Of a DNA stretch of 64,000 nucleotides, positions 44,052 to 57,211 are shown in pieces. This DNA is from Proteromonas lacertae. Lineage: Eukaryota. The stretch covers positions 310,001 to 374,000 of the forward strand of contig NGBS01000872.1 of the NCBI GenBank assembly GCA_002245135.1, written 5' to 3'. Below the pieces are notes generated by a model that was given only the letters and a program-made list of their open reading frames with translations, searched no databases and had not been told where the DNA came from. A program made the translations under genes and the position numbers. Position 1 is the first letter of the stretch; every line of letters starts with the position of its first letter.

Positions 44052-44235
44052 AATTATCTTATAAAATATTATATTTTTATTATGTTGTTTGTTTGAGGAT
44101 ATATTTATAAACTGTTTTATATTTTTTGAATTTTGAATATTTTTTGGCTTAATTATTTTCGCACCGAAATAACAGTTTTTTTTGTCATTTGATTTTTTTT
44201 ATTTTCTTTTCACTCAGTCAATATAATCAATAAAC

Positions 44236-45943
44236 ATGTCAGCCTGCGAAGTTGAGCCACAGACTACATCTCTAGAAAATAAGTTACAATGCTTAGATAT
44301 AGAGTCACCAGATATTGAGGTTATTGAAGATACACCAGTCGTACAACCTGAAGGAAAACCTCCAATTAATAGATCCAGTCTTTCGAGAGAGTTTACTTCC
44401 AGAAATAGTAATCAATCAGAATTAGACAACAGATTAACCCCTAATATTTCAGGCGATCTTGAAATTCCTCAATCCAAACTTCCTCCAATAGGTACATCTC
44501 CATACAAACGTCCAACAACTACAACAATAGCATTTGCTCAACAAAAGTCTAATCCATCAGAACAACCTCCCAATCTAGATGTAGAACCATTAAACACATG
44601 TTTACCAGGACTAGAATCCTTTGATACAATGAAGAAAGAAGTGTATAGAGGTCCAACAGATGAAAGTAATTGGGTAATTCCAGGTCATTTAATGATAGGT
44701 GCTTATCCAGGTGATATTAGTGACAAAACAACATATCGTAATTTAGGTGGAATAATGAGACTAGGTATAGGTACATTTGTATGTCTGCAACAGGAGTATG
44801 ATCCAAGTCCATATGTTACAGAAGCAATGTGGAGAGGTGGATTGAAATTAAGACCGTATTATAGAGATGTACAGAAAATATTCAAAGAAGGGAGTTTATG
44901 GAATCATCCTAATAGTATTAAACCATCATATAGTTGATTTTGTATATATATATAATATTAATAATTATTATGTTTATTTATAAATATATAGATTCATTTC
45001 CCAATTGTTGATTTAACTGCATCAGCTAGTGATTCTCAATTACTCAATCTCTGTAAAATGTTATGTGAAAGATTAGATAAAGGTGAGAAATTATACGTTC
45101 ATTGCTGGGGTGGACATGGTAGAAGTGGTTCAGTTGGTTCAATAGTAATTGGATTATTATATTGTCTTAAACCAAGTGAAGCAATGGATAGAATACAATA
45201 TACGCACTGATTTGAGGAATTGTAGCTTGGGAGTACCAAGCCCACAGACTACAGAACAAAGGTTACAAGTGGCAAGAGTATTATTATCGACCATCTGCAC
45301 AGAATTATATGAAGGAAAGACAGAATAGAATATTAGCAGCACAAAGAAAACCACCAGGAGCCTTGTAGTAGTACAATTCAACAACATAATATATTCCAAC
45401 ATTCTAAACCACCATTAACAGCAAGACCATCTACTGTGAGTAATTCATATAGATATCGTACTCCTCGTAATGTTAATCTCTCTGTTCAAACTAATAATAA
45501 TAATAATTCAACTACAACTACTACAATATCAAACACTGCTCAAGCTAATGCTCGAAATCATCCATTTATCTACACACCCAGTGGTATACCATCTCCTACT
45601 AATAATAATAACAATAACAACACTCCAATAATGAAATTAATACCATCACCACCAAGTTCAACGAAGAGAAGTAGAACAACACCAAGATATCATCATATGT
45701 ATGGTGGAGGTAATGGTAGAAATATTAATACAAGTGTAAAACCAGCACCACCCTTCTTCTACACCTAATAGATCTCATTATTATAATTTCCATCATATAC
45801 CTGGAAGAAAACAATCTGGAAATGGAAATGGATTAACTGTGAATGGTAGTGGAAATGGATTTACACCAAGGAAGCCTTTGGTTTCAACATCTCCTCAGAA
45901 TAAATCTAAGGAAAATGAAATACAAAGTGCTGCATTAGCATAA
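44236..45943 (+). CDS. Dual-specificity/PTP-family (CX5R) phosphatase with low-complexity extensions
   Basis: SNWVIPGHLMIGAYP, HFPIVD, active site YVHCWGGHGRSG (~45093-45128), SPQTTEQ. Intron at 44942-44991; several single-base shifts; TAA at 45941-45943. Confidence 0.8.
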
Positions 45944-46106
45944 ATTAGTTATGTGAAGTAATTAAATGTATTTTTTTAGACATTGAATTTACCTAATATA
46001 TATATATATATCATCATTATTTTATCTTTTAACAAAATTGTGTTTTGGCTGTTTTAACACAAAGAAATAAAATATAAAATGAAAAATCAAATAAATATCT
46101 ATTATT

Positions 46107-46638
46107 TTAATCTTGCTGTTGTGGTGGTTTATTTTGATCACGTTTTTCTAAATATTTCTTCCTATATGCTGTCCATGTCTCTTCATTCAAATCATAATTG
46201 AAATATTGTGAAATATCAGCACCTGGCATTCTCCATGGTTTTGGATCAATTTCATCAATGTCAATGTCAAATGCATTTCGGTGAGATGTTGATATTGTCT
46301 TTCTATTAGCAGAATACGTTTGTTGTTGTTGAGTTGTAGTATTTTTGGGTTTTGCTCCTGGCAATGATAAAATGAAGTGAACATTATCTTCAGTTGTATT
46401 TGTAGCTGTTTGATTTGATAGTTCTGATATTTTTCTAATTCATAAATATAACAAGTTATATATACTGTTGTGAATTTAATCCATGTTGCATTTCATGATC
46501 TAAACATTATTCAATATAAATAATACCTAGAGTGTCTTCATTCTTTTCATCATCACTTTCATCTTCCTCCATCTGTTCATGGTCAAATATTTCTGTTAAT
46601 GAATCAGCCTATTGTATAATTGAAAGTAAATATACCAT
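46107..46638 (-). CDS. FIP1: Pre-mRNA 3'-end processing factor Fip1 (compact)
   Basis: Fip1 motif DIDIDEIDPKPWRMPGADISQYFNYDLNEETWTAY; acidic N-terminus; ATG directly followed by an intron. Confidence 0.85.
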
Positions 46639-46699
46639 AGTTCTAAAGAAAAAAACAAAATTAATTGCAAGCTTTTGCTTGATATTTATAAAATTCAAA

Positions 46700-47757
46700 A
46701 TGATTTTACGCCGTCTATTTGGAACTGCAGGTCATAGAAATACCAAATTCATTGACTTAACACGTATATTAATTGAATATTGTAAAATAGATGATATGGT
46801 CAATAGAATGGCAATTGCAGGTACAATTTCAAATATAATTCACTCAAATCATATTCGAAGTAATTTATTGATAATTAATAATACTAGTTCATCCTGATTT
46901 AGCAGAATATGATGTTGAGTTCTTTATGGACAGTTTATCGAAAGTATCATCCAATCCAATACAAAGTCTTGTATTTTGGGGTATTATAAGAATCATAATC
47001 TATGTTTCTATTATATGAAATAGGAAGTACAATCTCTTCAAATATCACAAAAAAGTTGATTAATGTTATAGAAACAACAGGCTTTCCTAAGTTAGAGTTA
47101 TTGAATATAGGAATGGTAAATATACAATATAACGATATAATGTCAATAATGGATAGTATAACAGAGAAGAAATGTCCAATACAAATCTTATCAATTGATT
47201 CAAATGAATTTTTAGGAGATAAAGGAATTAATGATTTAAGTAAAATGTTAGAGAATGGAATATGGAATAAAACACTATCGCAACTGTGTATTGATGATAT
47301 AAATATGAGTAATAAAGGATTAAAATCAATGATTGAGTTATTTAAAAAGAAAGTGTTTGATAATTTAATAAGTTTTGATTTAAATGAAAATAAAATTAAT
47401 GATAATGGTGTGAAATTGATATGTGAATTATTAGAATTGAATTTATTACCTAATTTGCAAACATTAGGCTTGTCTTGTATTAATATTATAATTTTATTGT
47501 TATTGTAGTTAACCCTATTCATAATGAAGGTGTAAAGTTGCTATGTGATGTATTTGATAAGAATTATTCACCTCAGTTATATCAGTTAAATGCACATTGT
47601 ATAAATGAATGTTATTATCATTATAGTTCCTGATATTGATAGAAGAATTTTTGATCAGTTATACAAATCTTATTGTAAAGGTCATAAAGTGCAAGAAATA
47701 GAGCTGTTTGATTCAGATATACTTACACGAAATACTAGTGGCTTTCAAGGTTTGTAA
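46700..47757 (+). CDS. RNI-like leucine-rich repeat protein
   Basis: LSIDSNEFLGDKGINDL, FDLNENKINDNGVKLI, LGLS...NPIHNEGVKLL; short introns. Confidence 0.7.
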
Positions 47758-47842
47758 TTCGTTAAATATTTCAATTTTGGTTTTGTTTGTTGTTATAATA
47801 GAATAATCAGAGAAAAAATAGAGTGTTATATTTCAATAAAAC

Positions 47843-48486
47843 TTAATTAGATGGAACCATTGTCTTATAAACTTCATTCATTTCATTTTCAATAGATTTT
47901 TGTTGTCTTTCGATATACTGTTTATGATTCTATTATAATTTATAAATAAGAAAGAAATACATTCAAATTCTCTAATTCTTTTGTCAATACATCTTTTTCT
48001 TTGGTTAGATCTTCCATAATGTCTTTTTCATTCATCAAATAAAACATTTTACCTACACTTCTATATAATTTCACTTTGTCACTATTCTCATAACGCTTAA
48101 CTTCAGCTTCAGTAAAGTCAATACGCTTTGTATCCTTTTGATTAACCATAATCTGAGCATTTACTTTATTCAACTCTTTTACTTCCTTCCTATATCTATC
48201 TTGTAAATCAGTAAATTCTTTTGGAATAGTTTTTACTGTATTTGATTCAATCTTTGAGTTATTCTAGAAAATGAGCTTTAAAAAATAATACACCTGGTGT
48301 TTTACATTCTTGCTTATGTCCATTTCTCCAATGAGCAATTTGACAATCTTTAGAGCAATAACAAGTTGCTTTACATCTAGAACAGTTTTTAAATTCACCT
48401 ATTATATTATTTTCAATAAATATACCAAATTTAGATTCAGTGTTACCACATGTTGGATTGCTACAACTTCTTAGTTTTTGAGACAT
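47843..48486 (-). CDS. MYND zinc finger fused to a prefoldin beta subunit (PFDN1-like)
   Basis: CSNPTC...CSRCKATCYCSKDCQIAHWRNGHKQEC joins in frame through a 28-nt intron (48264-48291) to KEFTDLQ...VKLYRSVGKMFY...YIERQ. Confidence 0.75.
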
Positions 48487-48558
48487 TTCAAAAATTAAAA
48501 AAAACCTTAAATAGAAACGAATATAATTTTGAAACAATCTCATCAACGTAATTTGAAA

Positions 48559-50463
48559 ATGAAGGTTTATATCCTGCTATCTATACTCTTTACCTTCGTT
48601 CTTTGCACTGAGTGTCCTAATGGATGCTCAGGGACATGGAATTTGCAGTTCTAATAGTGAATGTATCTGTAATCGACAAGTAGGAGTTGGTTTAAACCAA
48701 GGTGACTTTGAAGAATTTAGTTACACTGGAGCTGATTGTTCTGAAAGTATATTTAGTGTTATATTTTACTCTGTTAGGATTATGTCCAAAAGGTGGATCT
48801 TTTTCTGCAACTCAAAGTGAATCTTGGTGGGAAGTCGATAGTGAAACATATAAAGCATATTTTTTCAATAAAAGATGCTTTGGAGTAAAAGCAAAAGACC
48901 CTGAAGGTAGTCAATCAGATACTTTTACTATTGGTGAGAATTATAAATATGTAGGTAATAGATACATATTAATTGAAGGAGATGTACCAGAAATAACAAC
49001 TTATAGATCAGGTGGAATTGTTAATTGTTATAAAGAACAAACTGCAAATACTCTTGTTGGTTCATACCGTATTTACACCACTGCAAATGATGTTAATAGT
49101 AAATACACTGTTTTGATAGGAGAAGAAATATATGAAATACAGATGAAATAAAGAATTATTGGAAAGCAAGATAGTGATTCTAATCCTACAATATGGAAAG
49201 AATGATGAAGGTAAACAAGTTGTATATTATTGTAAAGGCAGTTAGAACATATAGAGATATATCATTATTAGCAGCATTACCAATCAATACAGAAGAAACA
49301 ACTAAAGAAAAAGCAGGTAATTGGACATTTGAAGCACAAGCAGATGATAAGACTGGTAATGATAAAACAGATATTAATTATGCTCATTTATATTATTCAT
49401 ACTTTGGTACAGTTACTGATAGACCTATTAATGTGATTATGTCCTAAAAAAAGTGGAGAAATGCAAATTTATCAAACAAATATAACAACAACTGCAGATT
49501 CGCAAAAGAATATACAGTTACAATTAATAAAGTTCCTGATACATATGGTAATTGTTTCTTATTATATTCACCAGTAAATGGCAATTTAGATGAAACAACA
49601 TCTGAAATAAGATATTTAATAGGTAAAGAAAACAAATTTGGTGATAAAGTCGATGATTCTGCATTTATATGGAAGAAAGCTGGAGATGATAAAGTGTTTG
49701 ACTTAACAAAGACATTATTAACAATAAAACAAGTAGCAGATGATAAAAAAATTGTTCTTGATAATAGAGATTCAAGTATAGGTGAAATAAAGAATAGTTT
49801 ATCTGATGGAAGTGCTGCTTTAATGTATAGAATAGATTTATATTCAAAAGAACCTGCAACAACATTAAATCCAATTAGAAATCAAATTGTACATATAGGA
49901 ATCATCAAACTCGAGGTATGAAATAAAGATGAATTAACATTATCTGTTATTGAAGATGTTGATGAGACTATCATGTGTGATGATATTAATACTACTCCAG
50001 AACACCATCAACAGCTGATCCTGATTGTACTAATACAATAATTGGATTGCAATTATTTCAAGAAGGACCTCATGGTGCAGTTGAATGTAGTGGAGTAGGT
50101 GAATGTGATAGACAAACAGGTAAATGCCAATGTCCAGTTGGATATCAAGGATCTGCTTGTCAAAGAACTTCTTGTCCAAATAATTGTAGTGGAAAGGGTA
50201 AATGTGTTGTTTCTAAAGGTAATGATATGTATGGAGATGATATAATCTATAAATGTGAATGTGATGGTGGTTTTAGAGGTTCTGATTGTTCCAAATTTGA
50301 ATGTCCATCCAAAGAAGATCCAAAGAAAGCAACAAATACAAATGACAAAGATGAATTTCGAGATTGTAGTGGTAGAGGAATTTGTGATTATGAAACAGGA
50401 CTTTGTAGTTGTTTTGAAGGATATAGTGGAGAAGCCTGTGATAAGATTACTTCAATATATTAA
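48559..50463 (+). CDS. Secreted EGF-repeat protein, Sig/Ocm mastigoneme-like, copy 1 (multiple frame disruptions)
   Basis: Signal peptide, N-terminal EGF (CPNGCS...TGADCS...CPKG) and C-terminal ECSGVGECDRQTG...CPNNCSG...ECPSKEDP...RDCSGRGICDY. Several shifts and stops lie between 48631 and 50010. Confidence 0.7.
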
Positions 50464-50523
50464 TTAATATTATTTACTATTATTATTATTTTTAAAAACA
50501 AAATAAATATATATAATAAATTT

Positions 50524-52979
50524 TTATTCTTTAAGTTTCAATTTTAAAAATTCATCCAACTTTTCATATATTGCTTTCCCATTATTAGAAACACCATGTT
50601 TTTCACTTGGAAATATCATAATATCAGGAATAATTGCATTTGAGTATAACTCTTGAACAATTTTACCAAAATGTCTAAACAACACATTATCATCTTGATA
50701 TCCATGAATTAACAATATTGGACACTATGGAATAAATATATAAAACAATAAAATATACTTTAATATCTTTAAGATTATGAATCAATCTCGAGTTTTTATA
50801 CACTTCAGGATATTCTTGTGGTTTACCTAAATATCTCTCAGTATAACCAGTATCATAATCACACCAATCACTTACAGCACCACCTGCAATGCAACACTTC
50901 ATCTTTGGATATTTACTGGATAATAATAATGACATATAACCACCATAACTCCATCCATATACAGCAATTCTATCTGGATTTGACCATTTTCATTTCTGTT
51001 AATACTTCTATTCCTTTTATTTGATCTTCTACTTCTACAGTTCCAAATGCATGGTATAAATAATGATCAAATTTTACACCTCTCAATTCACTACCTCTAT
51101 TATCACATATCCATACGTTATAACCTCTTTGGGCATATGATTCACCAATACCTCTTGAATAATATTTATTACTGACTAATCTACATCCAGGACCACCATA
51201 TACATAGATTAATGTTGGATTGTCATAGGAATTATCATTTCCTTTTCCTTTGAAGAATAACCCATATAATGTTTCATCTGTTGATGATTTGAAGGTGATA
51301 ACTTGAGGTTTGATAAACCCTTTGGCTTCTTTATCACATCCTAACTCATAATACTTTATTATTTCAGCTATTCATTATAATAAACTAATAATAATATTTA
51401 TATATACTTTCTTGATATCTTTCTGCATATTTAATATTCACTAATTGATAAGATAATGGTGATTCAAATGATTCAGTAGTTAATATTCCTCTTAATCCAT
51501 TATGTGAAATGACAAAGTCATTTGATGTATTATTCATTGTTAATCGATGAGGTAATGGTATTTCATCACTATGAAATGACTTTAATGGAGAGACATAAAT
51601 ATGCTTTTCCAGTGGAGAATCTAAATAACCAGAATAAAATCTATTTATAATAATAATAATAATTGTATACATTAATTCTCTATCTGAATCAATATGTAAT
51701 ATTTGAAATACCTCACCATTACCATAAGTGATTTGATTTATTAATTTTGATTCTTTACCAGTCCATTGATACAAGTATAAATGATTAAAACCATTTCTTT
51801 GAGAGGAACATATAATATGAAATGAATTATTCTTACTATCACTTTCTAACTTACAACTTTCAAATGATAAATATCTCACATTAACATATTGTGGATGTTC
51901 ATCAGTCATTATTATATTATATTTCTTCGTTGTTAAATCATATCTGATTAAATGCAATTTGGTTTGTTCTCTATTTAATAACATAACACCAATAGAATTA
52001 TCACAAAACCATTTTACTTGTAATATATAATAATCATTGAAATAATGTTCAATTTCATCCAACCAAACAGTTTCTTTAGTTTCTACGTTTATAACGGCTA
52101 GTTTTTCAATTGCATTGGGTTTACCAGCGAAGCAGAAGTGATTATCAATGTGACTGGTTTGATCTTCATCCAACTATATATATATCATAATAATATATAT
52201 ATTATACTAAATTGTTAAACACATACACTGGTATATGTTTCACATTATTTTGACAATAGGCAATGTATTTACCAGTATTATCCCACCAGTAACCAACATA
52301 TCTATCAAACTCTTCTCTTATAATATAATCTGCAGTTCCTTACACATATATATGAAGGTTATAACAATAATATTAATTTATAAAAAAGATATATTTGAAA
52401 TTCCATTTCCACCATCTTTTGTAAGTTGATCTACTTCACCATTTGCTATATTGTACAAGTAGATATTATCATTTGATACATAGGAAATTTTACTTCCATC
52501 AGGATTATACTATTATTTATTAATTCTGATTATTATATACATAAACACAAGATGCACCATCTAAAACAATATTTTCAACACACTCTTTATCACTAACATT
52601 ATCCATATAATAGACTGGTCCATCATCTGGAATAACAACAGAATTACGACCAGATTGCAAGGATGACCTAATAGACTATAAAAATTATGTCATACCATTT
52701 TGGCAAACGTATTTCTCTATCATGGCTGTTTCTATAATCACAAGCACTAGTATATTAGTAATTCTATGAATACATTGAGATAGTATTATCATAAAGCACT
52801 GGTTCATTATCAACTAGTTTTGCAAAATGAACTATATAGTCATCTTCGGGTGTTGTAAAGAAAATCTCTTGATCATCACTGCTGAACTTAAAATTTTCAA
52901 CATTTGCTCTATTCAATGAATAATAATAATTTACAATGATATACAATTCATTTTTTGAGAAGAACGTTTCTTTTGACAT
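50524..52979 (-). CDS. Dipeptidyl peptidase IV family (S9B) serine peptidase, DPP8/9-like (no signal anchor)
   Basis: YVYGGPG, DNRGS, GWSYGGY nucleophile, YDTGYTERYLG, IHGYQDDNV, FPSEKHG. Confidence 0.9.
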
Positions 52980-53149
52980 TTCAAACTTGTTTGAGAATGA
53001 TTTAAAGCAAAATGATTGGTTAGTTATATTTTGTAAAGATCTTTATCCCCATCATGTAAAAAACATTCTTAAACTATAGTACATACTTAATTATGGAAGT
53101 TTATTTCAAATAATACTTAAAAAAATAGAAAAACAAATAAATTAAAAAA

Positions 53150-55003
53150 TTAATACATTGAAACTATTTTATCACAGGCTTCTCCACTAAATCCATCAAA
53201 ACAATTACAAATACCACTATCATAATCACAAATTCCTCTACCACTACAATCTCGAAATTCACTTTCTTTATCTCCTTCTTTATTTGTTGCTTTCTTTGGA
53301 TCTTCTTTGGATGGACATTCAAATTTGGAACAATCAGAACCTCGGAATCCACCATCACATACACAGTGGTATAACACTTCATTTCCGTAGATTGAATCTG
53401 AAGAAGTATATGGTAAACATTTACCTTTTCCACTACAATTATTTGGACAAGAAGTTCTTTGACAAGCAGATCCTTGATATCCAACTGGACATTGACATTT
53501 ACCTGTTTGTCTATCACATTCACCTACTCCACTACATTCAACTGCACCATGAGGTCCTTCTTGGAATAATTGCAATGCATAAATCACTCTTTCTTGTCCC
53601 ATTAATAAATCCTTTTCTTCTTCAGTTGAATCAGTATCTAAAGTTGAATCATTACTTTCTACATCAGTCATATTATCATAAACATCTTCATTTACAATAG
53701 TAATTGGCTCATAAAAAGCAATATGAATAATTTCATCATTTTCATCAAATTCATATTTTGATATATGAAGTTTCTGCATTCTGATTGGATAAAATGTTTC
53801 ATCATCATTTAATGTGAATTCATATAACATAGCAGAACCACCAACTGATATAATATCTTTAATTTCACCAACACTTGTATCTCTAATAGTAAATGTATCT
53901 TTAATATCAAATGCATTTAATTGTAAAGAAATGTTAAAATATAAATCATCTTCTAATAATGTTGAACTATTAGACCATAACATCACAGAATTCTTTAATA
54001 ATTTACCAAAATCACCTTCTTCACCCATAAAATTGAATAATTCTGATTTTTCTAAGGTTATATTTCCATTCTTAATTGAATATAACATAAAACATTGACC
54101 TACACTATGAATTGTCTTTATTCTAATATTATCATTTTCTATCACCAAATCTGTTTGAAATTCTTTCAATTTTCCATCATAATCTATACATCCAAATGAT
54201 ATTTTTCTAACTAATGTAACATCATTTACTATAAAATCATTAATGATTAAACTCAATATTCCTAAGTAATTATCAACAGTATTTTCAAATACACTTCTCA
54301 TTTGTAAATGTACGACATCTCTGTATTCTCCTTTACTATTGATATCACTAATAGGCCATAATCCGTATAATGAATAATCTTGACGAAGATAATACACTCT
54401 ACACCAAATATCTTTTGTTTGATCATTTTCTATTTCTTCTTGACTTACTGTCTTTGGATACATCTGAATACCAAATAGAATTGGTTGATCGATTGATGTG
54501 TATCTGTCTACAGCATTTATCATGTATGTTGAATAGAATTTAGTCATTTCTTGATCTAGATAACAACTAAAATGTCCACCAGCTTGAAATCTGTCTAATA
54601 AACTTATATCACTAAGCGGTAAAAGCATTTTTTCTCCTCCAGATACAAAATATTCAGCAGAATTGACAGTATATTGTTCATTATTCTTAAACCTTTCAAA
54701 ATGATAAGCATTATTATCTTCATTCCACCAGTAAGAATTGGTAGTAGTATAAGGGTGTGAAGCGCCTTTTGGACACATTCCTATTCCATTTTAGTTATTA
54801 AAAGAAGAAATACGTTTAGAACAATCAGATCCAGTATAATATTCTTCTTCATAATTACCTTTATTTAGGCCAAGTCCAATTTGTTTATTACAATAACATT
54901 TCCTGTTTTTACCGCATGTTCCATGTCCAGAACAGTCATTAGGACAGTTTACTGATAATACCATACAGAAAAACAAAGCAAGTGTGACAAAAACTCTATT
55001 CAT
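53150..55003 (-). CDS. Secreted EGF-repeat protein, Sig/Ocm mastigoneme-like, copy 2
   Basis: Signal peptide, CPNDCSGHGTC...YTGSDCS, one intron, a ~400-aa central region and three C-terminal EGF-like units. Confidence 0.85.
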
Positions 55004-55146
55004 CGTAACTAACTCAAAATCTGAAACGACTATTTTTGATTTTTGAATTTAACCTCATTTTATTATTGACATGAATGTTTTTTGTTAAATCATATCACAT
55101 ATAATATATATTAAAATAATAACATTTAAAATTAGAGCTAAATAAG

Positions 55147-57121
55147 TTAAAATTGTGAATGAACTTCTCCACATCCTTCACCACCAAATCCATTAAAACA
55201 TTTACAAGTACCTGTGGTATAATCACATATACCTCTACCACTACAATCTCTAAATTCACCATCTTTATCATTCACCACATTTGTTGCTTTATTTGGATCT
55301 TCACTTGAAGGACATTCCTCTATAACAATATAATAATATTTATATATACTCAATGAACAATCTGAACCCCTATAACCACCATCACATTTACATCGTGTTT
55401 GTGTATGTATATATCCATATCCATTAGCATCAGATTCTATTACTTCACACACTCCTCTGCCATTACAATTATTAGGACAAGCTGTTCTTTCACAAGCAAT
55501 ACCTTCATATCCTTTTTGACATTTACATAATCCATTTTCTCTATTACAATCTCCAACACCACTACATTCAATAAAACTATAGGGACCACTATTAAATACT
55601 TGTAGCGATATAAGATAATCATCAACTTTAATACCAGTGAGTTTAATAATATCCATATACTCATTATATTCATTATTTCTTACATAATTTATTACTTTTT
55701 CATAAAATCGAACTTTCACTAAATTATCATCATTTTCCAATGGCATTATTTCTCTAATATGTAATAATTGTGATTGTATTGGCAATATATGTGTTTGATT
55801 ATTAAGAGGGAAATACCATAATTTAGCAGATGATCCTATATTCATTATATTCGTTATTTCAGTTAAACTAGTATATCTTTTACTAAATGGAGTTCCATAA
55901 CCAGTATTTGACTTCATAATTTGAGATAAAACCTTTGTTAAATCAACTACTAATGCATATTCATCAACTTCATTATTATCCTTATTATTATATTTATATG
56001 ATTTATCATAATCAACAGGAAGCATTACTGAATCAGATAACAACACTCCTAATTCATCTGTTTCTCCAATCATATTAAATATATTATAATCTTTAGTAGT
56101 AGGAATTGAATCATGTCTTATTGTTGAATATAACATGAAACAGGAAGAAAGAACATCAGATTTTACTGTTTCAATAGTAATAGAATGCTTTTCTTCGTTA
56201 AATAAATCAATATAATTATTAGTTGATTTTACATTTAATTCATGCAAATGATATTTATTAAATCGATCAAAACATAAGAAAGTAATATTAGAATCAATCA
56301 CATCATCAATCAACAATTGTTGTTTTTCTGTTAATTCATAGAATACTGGAGATAAGTAATTATTTGTTGGTGGTTCATTCTCTTTTTGATTAATTGCGAA
56401 TGTAATCTCATTTACTTCTGATGTTATTGGAACTGTTATTGGAAATGTTGCATATAAGGAATAATCAGTATATTCTTCCATTATTCTACAATACATACGT
56501 TCAGGTATTTGCTTGATATAATTATATCCAAATATATAACTATTACTTTTTGATTCCATTATTAATGGCAATTCTACTTCATTTCCTATTAAATAGGTTG
56601 TTGTTGTACTTTTAAATATTTGATAGATTTGATATGTTTTGTATTGTTCCTTTAGTGATACATCATAATAACAGGTTACAGAACCAGAGTGTGTTTTATC
56701 TAATTCAGTAATGTCATTATCACTATATATGATTGTTTTTCCGTAAGAAAAGTAATAATTTGGCATTATAGATCTTAGTTCTTGATAGTATGGATCTTGA
56801 GTATCAGTGAAATCGATTATTGACATTACATAAGTACTATCACTAATTTCTTGTGAAATATCATCATTAGCTGCGTATTGATGAGAAGGACCTTTCGGGC
56901 ACAATCCTATTGCAGTAAATAAAAAATAAGAAGATACGTTGAGAGCAGTCATTGTTTGTATAACCAAATTCTTCGAAATTTGCATTATTTATAGCAAGTC
57001 CATCTTGTCTATAACACACACACTTACCATTTGTCAAACATAACCCATGTCCTGAGCAATCATTTGGACAAGAAGTAGCCATTATAGATACAATAAACAA
57101 TATAATAATAAATTTCCTCAT
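55147..57121 (-). CDS. Secreted EGF-repeat protein, Sig/Ocm mastigoneme-like, copy 3
   Basis: MRKFIIILFIVSIMATSCPNDCSGHGLC; same architecture and first-intron position as copies 1 and 2. Confidence 0.85.
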
Positions 57122-57211
57122 TAAAAGTTGAATCTTCAGAAAATAAAAAAACAAAAAATAGTTGAGCTTGATAAGTATCAAGCTTTATTTATTGTTATTG
57201 TTTTTATTTCA

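Noticed and set aside
49919..49921. Apparently in-frame TGA in EGF copy 1 as a second Sec codon
   Set aside because: It lies in a stretch with several indels, the paralogues have no Cys or TGA there, and I saw no SECIS after 50463.
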